Notes under the pieces: generated by a model
What the model saw: the letters and a program-made list of their open reading frames with translations, nothing else
Database searches by the model: none
What the model was told of the DNA's origin: nothing
In this document: positions 13,523 through 26,779 of the stretch, in pieces
How positions within the stretch are numbered: the stretch's first letter is position 1
How the letters are laid out: the number at the start of each line of letters is the position of its first letter
Program-made: the position numbers and the translations under genes
NCBI GenBank assembly: GCA_043228905.1
Contig: JBHGNT010000001.1
Location: 1,984,001-2,048,000 of the forward strand
Length of the DNA: 64,000 bases
Direction of reading: 5' to 3'
Source of the DNA: Azolla caroliniana
Taxonomy: Eukaryota > Plantae > Polypodiophyta

Positions 13523-13708
13523 GGGGGGGGGGGGGGGGGGGAGGGGTGTGGATTTGATGAAGGGATGAGAGGAATATGTATGTATATGTATGCAGCATGT
13601 ATGTAGAACAGAGCAATTCTTAAGGCTTAGGATCTTTTCACATGTATGTATGTATGTATGTATGTATGTAGAACAGAGCAATTCTTAAGGCTTAGGATCT
13701 TTTCACAC
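13523..13708. repeat. Poly-G tract plus ~45-bp direct repeat and (TATG)n in the PPO1 5' region
   Basis: About 19 G starting 5 nt upstream of the ATG; tgtatgtagaacagagcaattcttaaggcttaggatcttttcaca occurs twice. Confidence 0.75.
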
Positions 13709-15031
13709 GCTCACAAATGTTAAGGTTTAGGACCCCATGGGAAAGGGAATGGGGGGGGGTGGGGGGACTTGGAATGGAATTGAACTGCCCAAACTCCCAT
13801 AGATTGCCATAGTTCTGGGCCATCCTTTTACTGTAAAGAAAGTTCTTTGAATTTGGTCCATCTACTTCATTCGGATGGCTCTTTCACAAGAAATCGTCAC
13901 CCTCATGTGTGCATGTACTCTTAAGCATGCTTCGATTCTCCCTCCTCAAATTTTTGCGTTGTGATACAATTGGTCACAAGAGAACATGTGACCTAACAAT
14001 AGTTGATTCGTGCCTCCTATAAGGCTCGACTTTTCTTCAGATGGCATTCATATGTGAAGGATGATATTTCAGATGACTAATCAAAAGATGACACACATGC
14101 CATTGCGTAAAAAACCCCAATCTTACCAAAAGATAAGGGTCCACTAGCGCTAAGGTGAAGGAAGAGGATAAAATATGTGTTGGGCCAATAAACAATTATT
14201 GCATCTCAAAAGACATCAAAAGGAACAAAGGTGTGTCAAATGCAGAAATCAAGACTTATTCGCACCTGGAAGTGCTCAAAACCCATGGTAGATCAATAAG
14301 AAGGCATACATGTATATTGATATATTTCACGCTAGATGACACCAAAAATGGTATAGATCACCTTCTCACAAAGAAATCTATCCATTTTGATTGTTATTTT
14401 GCATAAAAAATTCTACACTACAAAATTCAATTTCATTCCAAAAGCATTTTTGGACATATAAGTAATTGTTATAAAAAATCGATTTATACAATGCTCAAGG
14501 GTTTTAGATTAAGAAATCTTTGTAGTTTCATAGATGTTGACAGGTGGATTTTTTCTTATTCACATAATGACATCCCAAAACCTTTCCTAAATTGTATTTA
14601 CTTTTCCTAAATTTTTAGACAAAAGTATACATTGTGGCCTTACAAGGTGTGTCACTTCCTCTAGAGGGCTAACATATCTCAATGTTCTTTTCCCCAATTG
14701 TGATCAAGCATACATGGTTCAATTGTTTGTTCTCGGTGAACCAACATCGAAACCATAAATTTATTCTCAGTTAATCATTAGCAATTTGATGATTCTTGTG
14801 TTGTTTCTCTTGTAAGCATTTGATAGGGCTAATTGAGGTTAGGTGATCCTTGCTTATGACAACTATCACCAAAACGTACAAGCAAGTAACATTATTCCCG
14901 AGCTATCCTTATCTCCCTACTCACTCTGAATCCTATCGTACTCTCTTTAGATCATAAAAGAACACGAACAAGAAGATAAAAATACAAATTTCCTAGAGTT
15001 GCTTTAAATGCAAGTTGTTGTTGCGTGTTTA

Positions 15032-15481
15032 TGTTACGGGCATGACCATATAATATCCTGTGGTGAGAATTTAGTGTAGTTCTATACACGTGGATAAGTG
15101 TGAGGGTTAAACGAGCATGTAAAGAAGGGGAGGATTACTTTTAATCCTCAGGATTGAGACAACCCATTAGGCCAAGTGTAAACTTGCTTGGGGGCCTTGG
15201 GTATCGCTATAAATATGAGGCCTAGCTACCCTCATTTCATCATATCTTGATTATGTCAAGACTCTGTTTCGTGTTGGGTCAATTCTTGTAGTGAGCACGC
15301 CAGCACCAGGTACGATTCGACGCCACGACGGTGGTATGGGACGCCGATCGAGGCTCAAGTCCATCTTGATCCCTTCGCTCGGGGGTGGTCAGGTGGATCG
15401 ACGCCCTTCTTTCTCTCTCTCCATTCTATCTATCTATCTTTTATCCTTATCATATGCTTACTTTAGATCATAACTCTAATA
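15032..15481 (+). repeat. 5' LTR of the chromovirus
   Basis: tgttacgggcatg...cataactctaata, directly followed by the PBS; matches 21833-22283. Confidence 0.93.
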
Positions 15482-18400
15482 GTTGGTATCAGAGCTTATG
15501 CTTCTAATGTTTCCTTTGTTTGTTTTTGTGTTCTTGATGGATGGTGATCGATCGACGTGCGGTTGACCTTGATCCATATAGTGATCAACAAAGGAACTTC
15601 AGTAACTCTTTCTTGTTTTTTTTTCTATTCTTCTTCTCCCATCATCTAATCATGTATATGGTCAATATGAATTTTTTTTTCATTGATTCAATGATGTTGT
15701 AGTGGTAATTAATTGGTTGTATAAAACGTTTACATATGTGTATGAGGTCAATAGCTCATTTGACATATATTTGATATGTGATTCGTGTCGTATGCGTACG
15801 AGGTTAATACCTCAATTTCGTATTACGTTCACATACATCTATTATGCATGCGTATGAGGTCAATACCTCGATTTTTTGTAAATGATATGCGTTTGGTGTC
15901 GTATGTGTAAGAGGTCAATACCTCAATTGCATATTACAATTAACCCTTATTATTGGATGTTTCGTGTGCGTAGAGGCGATATGCCTCGATTACGTGTCTC
16001 GATTTCATCATATTTTGGCTATTTGATGTTGCGATTTTTCTTAATATACGCATATGTGGTCACGTGTATACGTATTTGATCGTATATTTGTGATAAATAT
16101 ACGTATGTGTATATTAGTTATTACGTGATTTATATATCGAATGTTGTCGTTTTCGGGGAAAGGATCTTTGTGTCCGTCCTCACATTTTTGTGAGAATGGC
16201 GTAGTCATCATCTTTTTTTCAACAATCTTTTTTGTTGACATCCCCGTTGGTCACTTCAATTTCGTTACGCAACGAAACGATCATAGCCACACTGATGGTG
16301 AGAACATAGGGCTTGACCCACTTCATGTGAGGTCACTCCTAAGACACACATATCCAACATCCCTCCCTCATTGCATGGATATGATGCCACCATGACATCA
16401 TTCTTATGAAAGGCATTCGTAATGACGTAACCATGTGATGGGCCACGTGGGCCGACTACAAAAAGAGGGCTCATTTGGCTTGACCATTAGGTTGCACTTT
16501 GGTGTATGTCATCGTAATTATGAGACTTGAGGTTAGGTAACGTACCAACATAGTTTGTGGTAAACGAGGGGGAAATAAGGACTCTTGACATATATGTTTC
16601 TTTTAAAAAAACATATATGAGCAAATGTCTCGCATATCTCTTATATGTATAAAACATTAAACATTCAACACGAGCAACCTATTTGGTTAGCTCAAGTGTT
16701 TAATGCATTTGTTCTTGAGGTCTCGAGTTCAAATATGACCAAGACCATACAACATTATTGATACGTATGACTATAATACATGTTTAGACTTTAGGTCTAA
16801 GTGCACTTCGGGGTTCTCATAATAAGACTTAAAGAGCCGAAACCACATACGTGGACACAAAAACATAGTTTTGTTAACATTTTTTTCGTGTATAAACTAT
16901 TCATGATGCGAACATACATGGTTGAGCCTCGGGGAGCCACCATGAAAAAATCGATATAGAGATCAGGGAAAGACATTCATTTGTCACCCCCATGGTTTTT
17001 AAAACACCTTTGTGTTACCATAGTAACCTAATCTTGAACCTCGTCTCATATGTCTAGAGGGGTATTGACATGAGATCATGATATCGATTAATGTTGGCCC
17101 ATGATATGTTTACATCATGACTTGACATTATGACTATTTGTCTAACCTTATCCTATTTCTTTGCCAGAAATAATCATTCAATGGCTCAGAATAACGACCC
17201 GATGTCATCCGCTCAAGCGGAAGGAACTCAAGGAAATCCGCCTGGAGCAATCTCCATTGTGTCCTATTTCTTACAAATACAAAATTTCCTTAGTTCAACT
17301 GCTCATCAAATGTTTGAACTTCGACAATCTCAAAGTGCTCTCGAGGCACGTGTCATTAGTTTACAACATTACACTAATAGACTCGTTGAGCGTTAGGGTG
17401 AACCATAATTTGTCGTAAAGCCATTTACGGGAGAAAAAAAGGAAAGAACCGAAGAAGCAATCTGCACGTGGCTAGGCCAATGGGAATCTCATTTTGAGCT
17501 CTATCCCACACCAGATAGTACGAAGATTGCATATGTCAGCCGAGAATTAGGGGGTAAGGTCGTCGCTTGGTGGCATGGGCTCCAAACTTTGGGGAAATTA
17601 CCCGATACCTAGACAAATTTATCACAGTTTTTAAGGGCCAATTTCTGTAACCTCCCTCTCGAACTGAGGCAGCACAAGCTTTAATGAACCTCTCTAGCAG
17701 GAAGTTTTCCTCGCTAGCAGACTATGTCCACCATGCTAGAACCCAAATCCAAAAATCGGGTCTAGAAGGGGACAATTGGTTAATAGCTTGTTTTGTCAAT
17801 GGAATCCCCAATTCGGACTATCACTGATAGTGCACAATAAGGATCCAAAATCCTTCGAAGAGCCCGTTCAAATAGTTATTCGTTATCAACGCACTTTGAA
17901 GAAGGACCATAACAAACCCAACGAAGCGCCCATGACTAAGCAGTCGCATTTCGCTGGGAAACGCAAGACACCCAACGAATTCATGGATCACAATTGTAAG
18001 CGACAACATCCTTTTTGTGTATTATGCAAAAAGAAGGGTCATACAAAAGAACAATGTCAAAAGCTCCAATGGAAAGAGCACGAGAACAAAGCAAAAGTTG
18101 CAGACCATAAAGGTCAAATTCCTAATGTCCTTCAGGTCTATACACATCATTTAAGTAATTGTCAATGTTCTTTCCCGTGCTATGTATTGGGACCCAATGA
18201 TTTACTACGTGCAAACGGGTATGTCAATGGATCTCCTCTACAATTTTTATTTGATTCAGGAAGCTCACACAATTTTGTGAATGATTGTTTGGTTCAGATA
18301 TGGGGAATCCAACCCACCGTAAGTGATCACACCTATAGGGTGCACTTGGTTGATGGAAGAGTACAATACATCAATGGGGTGATTCATTCATTAGGAATTT

Positions 18401-21158
18401 CTATTGATACTTATGTAGAGGAAATAGACTTCCATGTAATGAATCTTTGTACCACTGATGTAATATTGGGTTATCCCTGGTTTTATAATAAAAAAATTCT
18501 TTGTCTATTGATTGGGTTCGTCATTCCATTTCCTTTGTACTAAATGATTGTACTCATTTTATTCAATGTGTAAATAAACAATCCCTTTCAATTGTTTCCT
18601 CTCCATCAATATCTGAGTTGTCTTATTCTTCTTTATTTTATTGTGTACTTGATCTGAACATTCACGTTTATAATATTGATAACGTCTCGGGTCAATTGAC
18701 ATATTTTGAACAACAACAACTCGATAAAATCTTAAATGATTTTCATGATGTTTTTCCAAGTGAACTACCACATGGGTTACCTCCTAAATGTAATATAGAC
18801 CATCGTATAGATATTGTACCTGGCGTTGCACCAATAAGTATACCTCCTTATCGCTTAAGTCAATCCGAAGAGGATGAGGTATCTAAGCAACTCAGGGACT
18901 ATTTACGAATGGGTTATATACGTTATAGTAAATCTCCATGGGGTGCACATGTTCTCTTGGTAAAAAAGAAAGAGAGCACATGGCGAATGTGCATTAATTA
19001 CCGACACTTGAATAAAGTGACGATCAAGAATTCATATCCATTGCCCCGGGCTGACAATCTAATTGACCATCTCTAGGGAGCTCGGTATTTTACGAAACTT
19101 GATCTCCATACGGGCTATTATCAAATTTGTATAAGTGAGGACGATTTTCCTAAAATGACATTTCGTACGCGCTATGGCCATTATGAGTTTTTGGTTATGC
19201 CTTTTGGTTTGACCAATGCTCCGGCCACATTTCAACAAGAAATGAATGACATTTTCTGAGAACAACTTAGAAAATTTGTCGTTATTTTCTTGGATGATAT
19301 TTTAGTTTATAGTTGTACATTAAAAGAACATGCTAAACATGTCCGCTTTGTTTTACAAACATTGTGTGAAGATCTCAAAATGCGAGTTCTTCAAGAAATC
19401 AATTACTTATCTTGGACATCTCATAACCGAACGAGGAGTTGAAATTGATCCTTCTCACATCGAGAAAATCAAACTTTGGCCCACTCTTCGGAATATTTGA
19501 GAAGTTCGATCATTCCTTGGTTTTGTCGGGTTTTTGCGTTCAAAATCCCTTCGTAATTACTCCTAATTAACGACTTCGTTTACTAATTTGCTAAAAGGTC
19601 AAATGTGTAAGTCTACAAAACCTATTGTATGGAATACTACACTAGACCTCGCCTTTAAGGAACTCAAGGACCTGGTTTGCAAGGCTCCTTCGCTTCTTTT
19701 ACCTGATCCTTCAAAACCTTTTGAAGTTGAAACCGATGCAAACGATTATGCTATAGGTGTTGTCTTATATCAAAATGGTAAACCAATAGCATTCGAGAGT
19801 AAGAAACTTGATTCTGCTCAATGTTGGTATACGGTTCAAGAAAATGAATTCTTTGCAGTTATACATGCGCTCAAAACATGGCGCCATTATATTTATGAAA
19901 ATCATTTTGTGGTAACTACGGACCACGAGTCCTTGAAATATTTTTGTGACCAACAAGACCTGAAAGGTCGTAAGGCACGATGGGCTGATCTCATCCAGGA
20001 CTTTGATTTTTCCATACGATATTGTAAAGGTTCCATGAACATTGTCGTTGAGGCACTAAGTCGCAACCGTGAAGTTAACATGCTTATCTTCACTAAAATA
20101 ACATTAGATCTTTATGATCACCTTCGAGGAAAGTATCCTGATGACAGGTATTTTGCAAAATACTGGGCAAGAGTTGAGTCCGGAACAGACACCACCACAT
20201 CCTCGAAGGAATCCTTCCACATTGCTAACAGTAAGCTCTACTGTAATGGGAAGGTTTGTGTTCTAGATTTGCCTGAGGTCAAAAAGAGAATTCTTTTTTA
20301 ATGCCATGATGTGGGGCACCCTGGAATACATTGTACACTCGTTCTCATCTCCACTCAATTCTATTGGCCTAAGATGCATCCTAACATACATGTTATGTGA
20401 CCAAAATGTCACCAATGTTAGGTTAACAAAGCCAAGCGACTTAAAGCCGCAAGACTTTTACATCCCTTGGACATTCCCAATAATAAGTGGGAAAGTATAT
20501 CCATGGATTTTATTGTTAGCCTTCCTCACACCCAAAAAGGCCATAATGCCATATGGGTTGTGGTTGATAGACTAACTAAAATGGCCACATTTATTGCTAC
20601 TAAAACCACGGTAACAGCTTCTGAATTGGCTTACCAATTCATTGACGAGTTATTTTGTGTTTATGGGTTATCGATGGATATCGTGAGTGATCGAGATCCA
20701 AAGTTACTAGTGACTTCTAGATGCAACTCTTTAAGAAGTTAGAAACTACATTGAGCATGAGCTCCACAGATCATCCTCAATCCGATGGACAGACAAAATG
20801 AGTTAATCAAATTATTGAGGACGTGCTTCGAGCATACGTTGGTGCAAAACCAACAAAATGGGAACGTTATCTCCCAATTTTGGAGTTTCCTGATGACAGC
20901 TCCAAGCATATGTCGACGAGATATAATCCTTTTATGTTGATGTATAGTTTTAAGCCAGGAGCCCTGATTGATGTTAATATATATCACGATGAGTTGCGAA
21001 GTACGCAAAACTTTCTTCGGGATATACAAGATATGTTGCATATTGCACGAGATAATATAAAAACAACTCAAGATAGAATGCGTTTTTAAGCCGATCATAA
21101 TAGGCAACCTCGTGTATTCAACCCTGGACAGAAGGTATTTTTACGTGTACCTCACAAT

Positions 21159-21667
21159 TCTAAGACATTGTCTACGGATAAGTGCGCTAAGTTAGCCCCA
21201 CGGTTTTGTGGACCTTTTCAAGTCCTCAAACGCATTGGTTCATTAGCCTATCGTCTCGCTCTTCCCAATGGAGTTGACATTCATCTAGTTTTTCAGGTAA
21301 GTTGTCTAAAAGAACTTTTAGGTTCTGGCGACAATACAGTTACAACTGAAACTCTGGTTACTTCTGAAGAATTATCTTCTAAACCACATGTACCAGAAAG
21401 AATTCTAAGACAATACATCTTCTAAGACATTGTCTACGGATAAGTGCGCTAAGTTAGCCCCACGGTTTTGTGGACCTTTTCAAGTCCTCGAACGCATTGG
21501 TTCATTAGCCTATTGTCTCGCTCTTCCCGATGGAGTTGACATTCATCTAGTTTTTCATGTAAGTTGTCTAAAAGAACTCTTAGGTTCTAGCGACAATACA
21601 GTTACAACTGAAACTCTGGTTACTTCTGAAGAATTATCTTCTAAACCACATGTACCAAAAAGAATTC
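21159..21667 (+). repeat. 262-bp tandem duplication in the integrase C-terminus
   Basis: taagacattgtctacggataagtgcgc at 21161 and 21423; ORFs 21168 and 21430 are near-identical. Confidence 0.92.
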
Positions 21668-21832
21668 TTGATGTTAAAACAAAAAATCTGCGTAATAAAA
21701 TAATCCGAGAATTTAAAATTAAATGGATGGATAAATCTATCAAAGATGCCACATGGGAACGCAAAAATACTCTTAGAACTAACTTCCCTAACTTTCTATT
21801 GCAAGAGTGCAATGTTTTAAAGAGGGGGAGTA

Positions 21833-22283
21833 TGTTACGGGCATGCCCATATATATCCCGTGGTGAGAATTTACCATAGTATTTTATACACGTGGATAAG
21901 TGTGAGGGTTAAATGAGAGTGTAAAGAAGGGGAGGATTACTTTTAATCCTCGGGATTGAGACAACCCATTAGGCCAAGTGTGAACTTGCATGGGGGCCTT
22001 GGGTATCGCTATAAATATGAGGCCTAACTACCCTCATTTCATCATATCTTGACTATGTTGAGACTCTGTTTCGTGGTGGGTCAACTCTTGTAGCGAGCGC
22101 GCCAACACCAGGTACGACTCGATGCCACGACGGTGGTATGGGACGTCAATCGAGGCTCAAGTCCGTTTCGATCCCTTCGCTCGGGGGTGGTCGGGTGGAT
22201 CGGCACCCTTATTTCTCTCTCTCCTTTCTATCTATCTATCTTTTATCCTTATCATATGCTTACTTTAGATCATAACTCTAGCA
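21833..22283 (+). repeat. 3' LTR of the chromovirus
   Basis: tgttacgggcatg...cataactctagca, preceded by the PPT. Confidence 0.93.
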
Positions 22284-22442
22284 GTCTAGGTGTGATTCTT
22301 GTTTTCACTAGGCAATATACAATAAGTTCCTTATTAGCAACATACATAATAATACTCCATCTAACATGAGGAAATTGAAACATAAGTGTTTTAACCTTAC
22401 GCTTTCCACAATATACATGTGCTTAAAATTAACAAATAATTG

Positions 22443-25207
22443 ACAATAGTAGATTGCAGCCTCATGCCTTTGACTACAACTATCTACAACACGTGAGGAA
22501 TGCACCAGTATGAGTGGTTGCTAAAATGGGAAAGAAGTGGTTGCTTGATCCTTATCCTTCCATTTCTCATGTGTGTGATATGATGTGTTTGTATGCAAAA
22601 GAACTTGTTGCAAGATTACTATGGGATCCAAGGAGTTGGTTCTAGTCATACTCCTTGGGGGAACATGTCATAAAGGTTCCCTTCTTTTAGTATTTAATGA
22701 AGATTGGAAGTTCATTACAGATGTTTACGAATGTAACAGTGCTAGCAACTCAAAAACATTGGACTAATTGGGGTGTTTCAACTTTGTAGTTGAAAACCTA
22801 TTGGAGATGGATTTGGTCTTTCAAGGGGCCTACTAAATTTATTCTTTTTAGATGGCTATTAGTGCATGTAGCATTACCAGTTGGCTAGTCATTGAAAGGG
22901 AATGTAGCACCTAATCTATGGCAATGTGGCTTTTGTTATGCATCCCCTCTGGTCTTGTCCATTGGCTCAACAAGTATGGAATAAAGTTCTTTCTTTATTC
23001 CTAACGATCAATGTTGGTTGCTTGTTCTCATGGGGAGCAACGGTGTGGGGAGTTTTACATTCTAGCTTGATGTTTTATGAGGAAAACGATATTCACGAGG
23101 CCATGACGATACACAATAGAAGATTGATATCAGTTAGTCTGTTTCTGCTACCTCGAAAGTAGGTGTGACCTGTCTAGGTCTGGAAACTGTGACTACGATA
23201 ACGTTTTTTTTTTTTTTCAAAAGAAAGTATACTTCCGTTAGTATTTAGAAAAGTCATAACAACATACAAAAATTTCCCCAAAACATCTTTATAAGATGTT
23301 GGTTGAAAAAACAAAAGTTTTGACTCCAGAATAGAGTAAAGTAAACAATCAATCTGAAAATTGTTCTATAAAAAGCTTCCACAAAGGTCTACCAAACGAG
23401 GTAAAATGCAATCTATACCCTTTTGTTATGCAATCAAGAACCTTCAATCTCCATAACATGTTGCAGGCTGTAAATAGCCATCTTCTTTCACCCGTTCTGG
23501 GTGATCAAGAGTCCTCAATGGATGTTCCATTCAAGATCCCAATACCCTCTGTTTTTCTCTTTGTTTGATGCCTCGAGAAGATTGTCAAGGCCTCCATACT
23601 AAATGCAAACTATATGTCCCCCTGGTTTAAAGATTGTGGCTTGCATACTTCCATTGTCCAGTGTTATAAGCGTGTGAAGCCTTTGTCTTTTTTTAACCCA
23701 CATAATTGTTTGATAAGTTGGCACTGTCCATAAACATTCTGTATTAACACAAGCAGTTAATCTAAAGTTTTCCTCACCCACTCTCTATAGTATGCTTCGA
23801 CGGCACCACCATCTTCACTCATCCTCATAACAAGAAAAATGCTTCATACAGTCCACTTCAGCCATCTCGGCGATTAACATGTTGTAGCATCTTGCCAATG
23901 TCCACTAAAATCCTGCATAATCAACAGAACTCATTATAAAAATTTCCTCACCCACTCATGCTATTCAACTTCGACCCCACCACCATCTTCACTCATCCTT
24001 ATCTCATAAAAAGTCTTCCTTCAGTCCACATCAGCCAACTCGTTGACTAGCATCTTGCCAATGTCCACGCCAAACCTATATTAACAACACAAAAACAGTT
24101 TACAAGTTTCCTCACCCACTCATCATAATCGGCTTCGACCCCCCCACCGTCTTCACTCATCCTTATCACAGAAAAAACTGCTTCATTCAGTCCCATCCAA
24201 CATCTCACCTATTAACCGATTACCATCAAGGTCCTGTCAAACAAACAACAACAAAACGAGACACATGCTTCAATTCTTACCGCCATCATCAATCATCACC
24301 ATGAAATTAAAACATGCCCCCACATCAAACCTTGCTTCAGCCCATACCACCACCATTCTCACATCTCTAAAAACTAGACAAATTGCTTCAATACCACATC
24401 ACCTATCTCAGTTTATACCATTTTGAACCTGTCGTGATACTCCTCCTAATCTCTTCATTTTGCACATCAACAATGTGCTTCATTTCTACGTCACCCATCT
24501 ATTCGTTCAGCTCCTAAAACCTGTATAAACAACAATAGCATAAATGTATTGTGTGTATCCCCTCCTAAACATGCGCTTCAATCCCCCGTCAACACCATCA
24601 TTCATCCTTACCAACTATAAAAACTTCCATGACTACACATATAAAATATAAAGTTTCCTCATCCCCTCATATATTTGCTTCAACCCCCACACCCTCCCCA
24701 CTCATCCTCTCATCATTAATAAGCTGTATAAGACAATAACTACGTGACTACGATAACGTTGTGGCTATTATGGAAATGTAGATGTAGTCGGCTTTATGAT
24801 GCAACAAATCTTGGTCCTTCAGATGTACTGCTTGAGATATGGGAAACATTGTTGACAATAGTATGTGGGCAATATGATAATATGTATGTTCTCCATAAAA
24901 TGTTCATAAGAGAAGGACAAAGCTTCTTCACTTATGGAGGACGTTGCCCCTCTTTGTAGTGTTAGATCAAGGGCCTCAATGGAACTATCGACTTCCATGG
25001 ACCCTTTCTTGAATATCAGTACATCATGGTAATGTACCTACCGTATCAAGGTTCAACGCCCCTTTATAAGTTGTTTTTGTATGTACGGGTTTTGGTGTAC
25101 ATACAATGTCTTATATTTTATGTTGTAAGCCTCTGGGCATATAACTTCAACTTGTAGTCTTCAAACGTTTTTAATACTATTGAAGAAAATCTTTCAAGGA
25201 AAAAAAT
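22443..25207 (+). mobile_element. 5'-truncated L1-type LINE interrupted by a nested insert
   Basis: 17-bp TSD aaattaacaaataattg at 22426-22442 and 25208-25224; A-rich tail; zf-RVT-like HPLWSCPLAQQVW and LWLLWKCR (W-x-x-W-K-x-R motif) on either side of the insert. Confidence 0.82.
23204..24743 (-). mobile_element. Retroposed poly(A)-tailed non-coding insert (~1.54 kb) with internal ~165-175-bp repeats
   Basis: TSD gtgactacgataacg(tt) at 23189-23205 and 24744-24760; T14 at 23204-23217 is a poly(A) tail on minus; repeated tttcctcacccact...cttcactcatcct. Confidence 0.85.
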
Positions 25208-25260
25208 AAATTAACAAATAATTGGGTTTAATGTCAGATTCTACACTCTAAAATTTTTTG

Positions 25261-25580
25261 AGTCATAACATTTTAGAAGTGATAGCCTTTAAATTGGATC
25301 CTCAAACAATGTATTGGAGTGGGTTTGTTGGAGTGGATATCAAGCATGACTATGAATAATGTAATTGTTACATATGTGAACCGGTTCTTCCCTATTTCAA
25401 TATGCAGCTAAATCTAGCGATAGTCATAACATCTTAGAAGTGATAGTGTTTAGAGTGGATCCTCAAACAATGTACTGGAGTGGATTTGTTGGAGTCGATA
25501 TCAAGCATGTCTATGAATAATGTGGTTGTTACATATGTGATATGGCTCTTCTCCATTTCAATATGCAGCTCAATCTAGCA
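25261..25580. repeat. 161-bp tandem duplication
   Basis: agtcataaca..ttagaagtgatag...tcaatatgcagct at 25261 and 25422. Confidence 0.85.
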
Positions 25581-26779
25581 AAGAAATATATAAATTCATT
25601 TGTTTATTCGAGCATGACTCAAACTAATTCTTATACAATAGGTTCAAATCAACCTATCATCCTAAAAGTTCTATGATGCTCAAACAATTGTGGTTGAAGA
25701 TGTGACATATCAAACTATTGGATCGATTCTTGTGTAACCAAGTTGTGCACAATTTTATTCCTAATATTGGCGGAGATTCCTAATACCCCTTCATCAATTG
25801 AAGGGTTGCTCATCTAAGAAAGAAGGAACATATAACGCACACATAAAACTAACTAGAAGTATGATCCACATCAACCATGGAGAAGTATATGGTTATGAGA
25901 GAAAATTGGAAGGCCAATATTTTTCCATTCGACTATCCTATTCAACGTGGGTCTATAATACAAATTCACTTTATATATTGAAATTTGAAAGGAGTCACCG
26001 AGGATATAAAAGTGCATATATCCATGCATCTATATTTTTCCATCCTTTCTTTGGCTTGGGAACTTAATTTTGATTTTGAATTTCTCGATCAATATAATTC
26101 AATATCACATCTTTTTGCGATTTCGATGACATCAGGTCATTGTTTTTTTCCATTTGAGGCTAATCAAACTATAATTGAAAAACCATTATGTGCATAAAAG
26201 GGACTAAAGGAACAAATTCAAAGTAGGTGATGTCTCGATTATCAGCTATGAAACCAAAAGTAAAAACCTGTATGAATTTGTTAGCATATTATCAATTTTG
26301 AGGATGAACATTTAATACCATCAATGAGCTAGATGTTCTTTAATTATGCATCCCTTCATTATTATATCCTTTTCCAAAGTCCCAGATTATGTTGCATAAA
26401 GCACAAAATGTATAATGCTTTATGACATTTTTCTAAATTGAACTTCGGGACTCGACTTCACAAAAGTTAAATGATGATCACAAAACCAATCAATAGACGA
26501 CATAATGTTCCTTTCCCCAAGGTGCAAATTCCACGTTAATGGTAGAGCTAAAGCTTTTTACTTCTACGTTTTTTGCACTACAAAAAGCGAGATAAAAGCA
26601 AATGTGTCCATGCAAAGAGTCGACAACTACGTGGGGGAGTCTAATTGGCGACAACCATGGAGTTGGGGGTTGAGCGTTCTTCTGTGTTTTTTGCAGGAAG
26701 ACTCCAAAAACAATTGTCTTGGGGCTTTTACCGAAGAAAAACGAAACAAAATTGTTAAGAACACCCCTAACCCTCTCGA

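Larger units (their letters stand above)
15032..22283 (+). mobile_element. Full-length decayed Ty3/Gypsy chromovirus LTR retrotransposon (7.25 kb)
   Basis: LTRs 15032-15481 and 21833-22283, roughly 8-10% diverged by eye; PBS tggtatcagagc 15484-15495; PPT aagagggggagta before 21833; TSD gttta/gtcta. Gag from ~17181 with CVLCKKKGHTKEQC; PR LFDSGSSHNF; [10 protein letters not shown] and FLDD; RNaseH ETDANDYAIG; INT WESISMDFI; chromodomain EFKIKWMDKSIKDATWE. Order RT-RH-INT. Stops and frameshifts present. Confidence 0.96.

Noticed and set aside
15744-15987. CRISPR-like appearance of palindromic repeats with variable spacers
   Set aside because: Eukaryotic retrotransposon context, repeats only ~14 bp and degenerate, spacers related to each other, no cas genes.
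16684-16742. tRNA-like segment (tagctcaagtg...gagttcaaat) in the chromovirus leader
   Set aside because: No acceptor or anticodon stems; at most a degenerate relic, not a tRNA gene.
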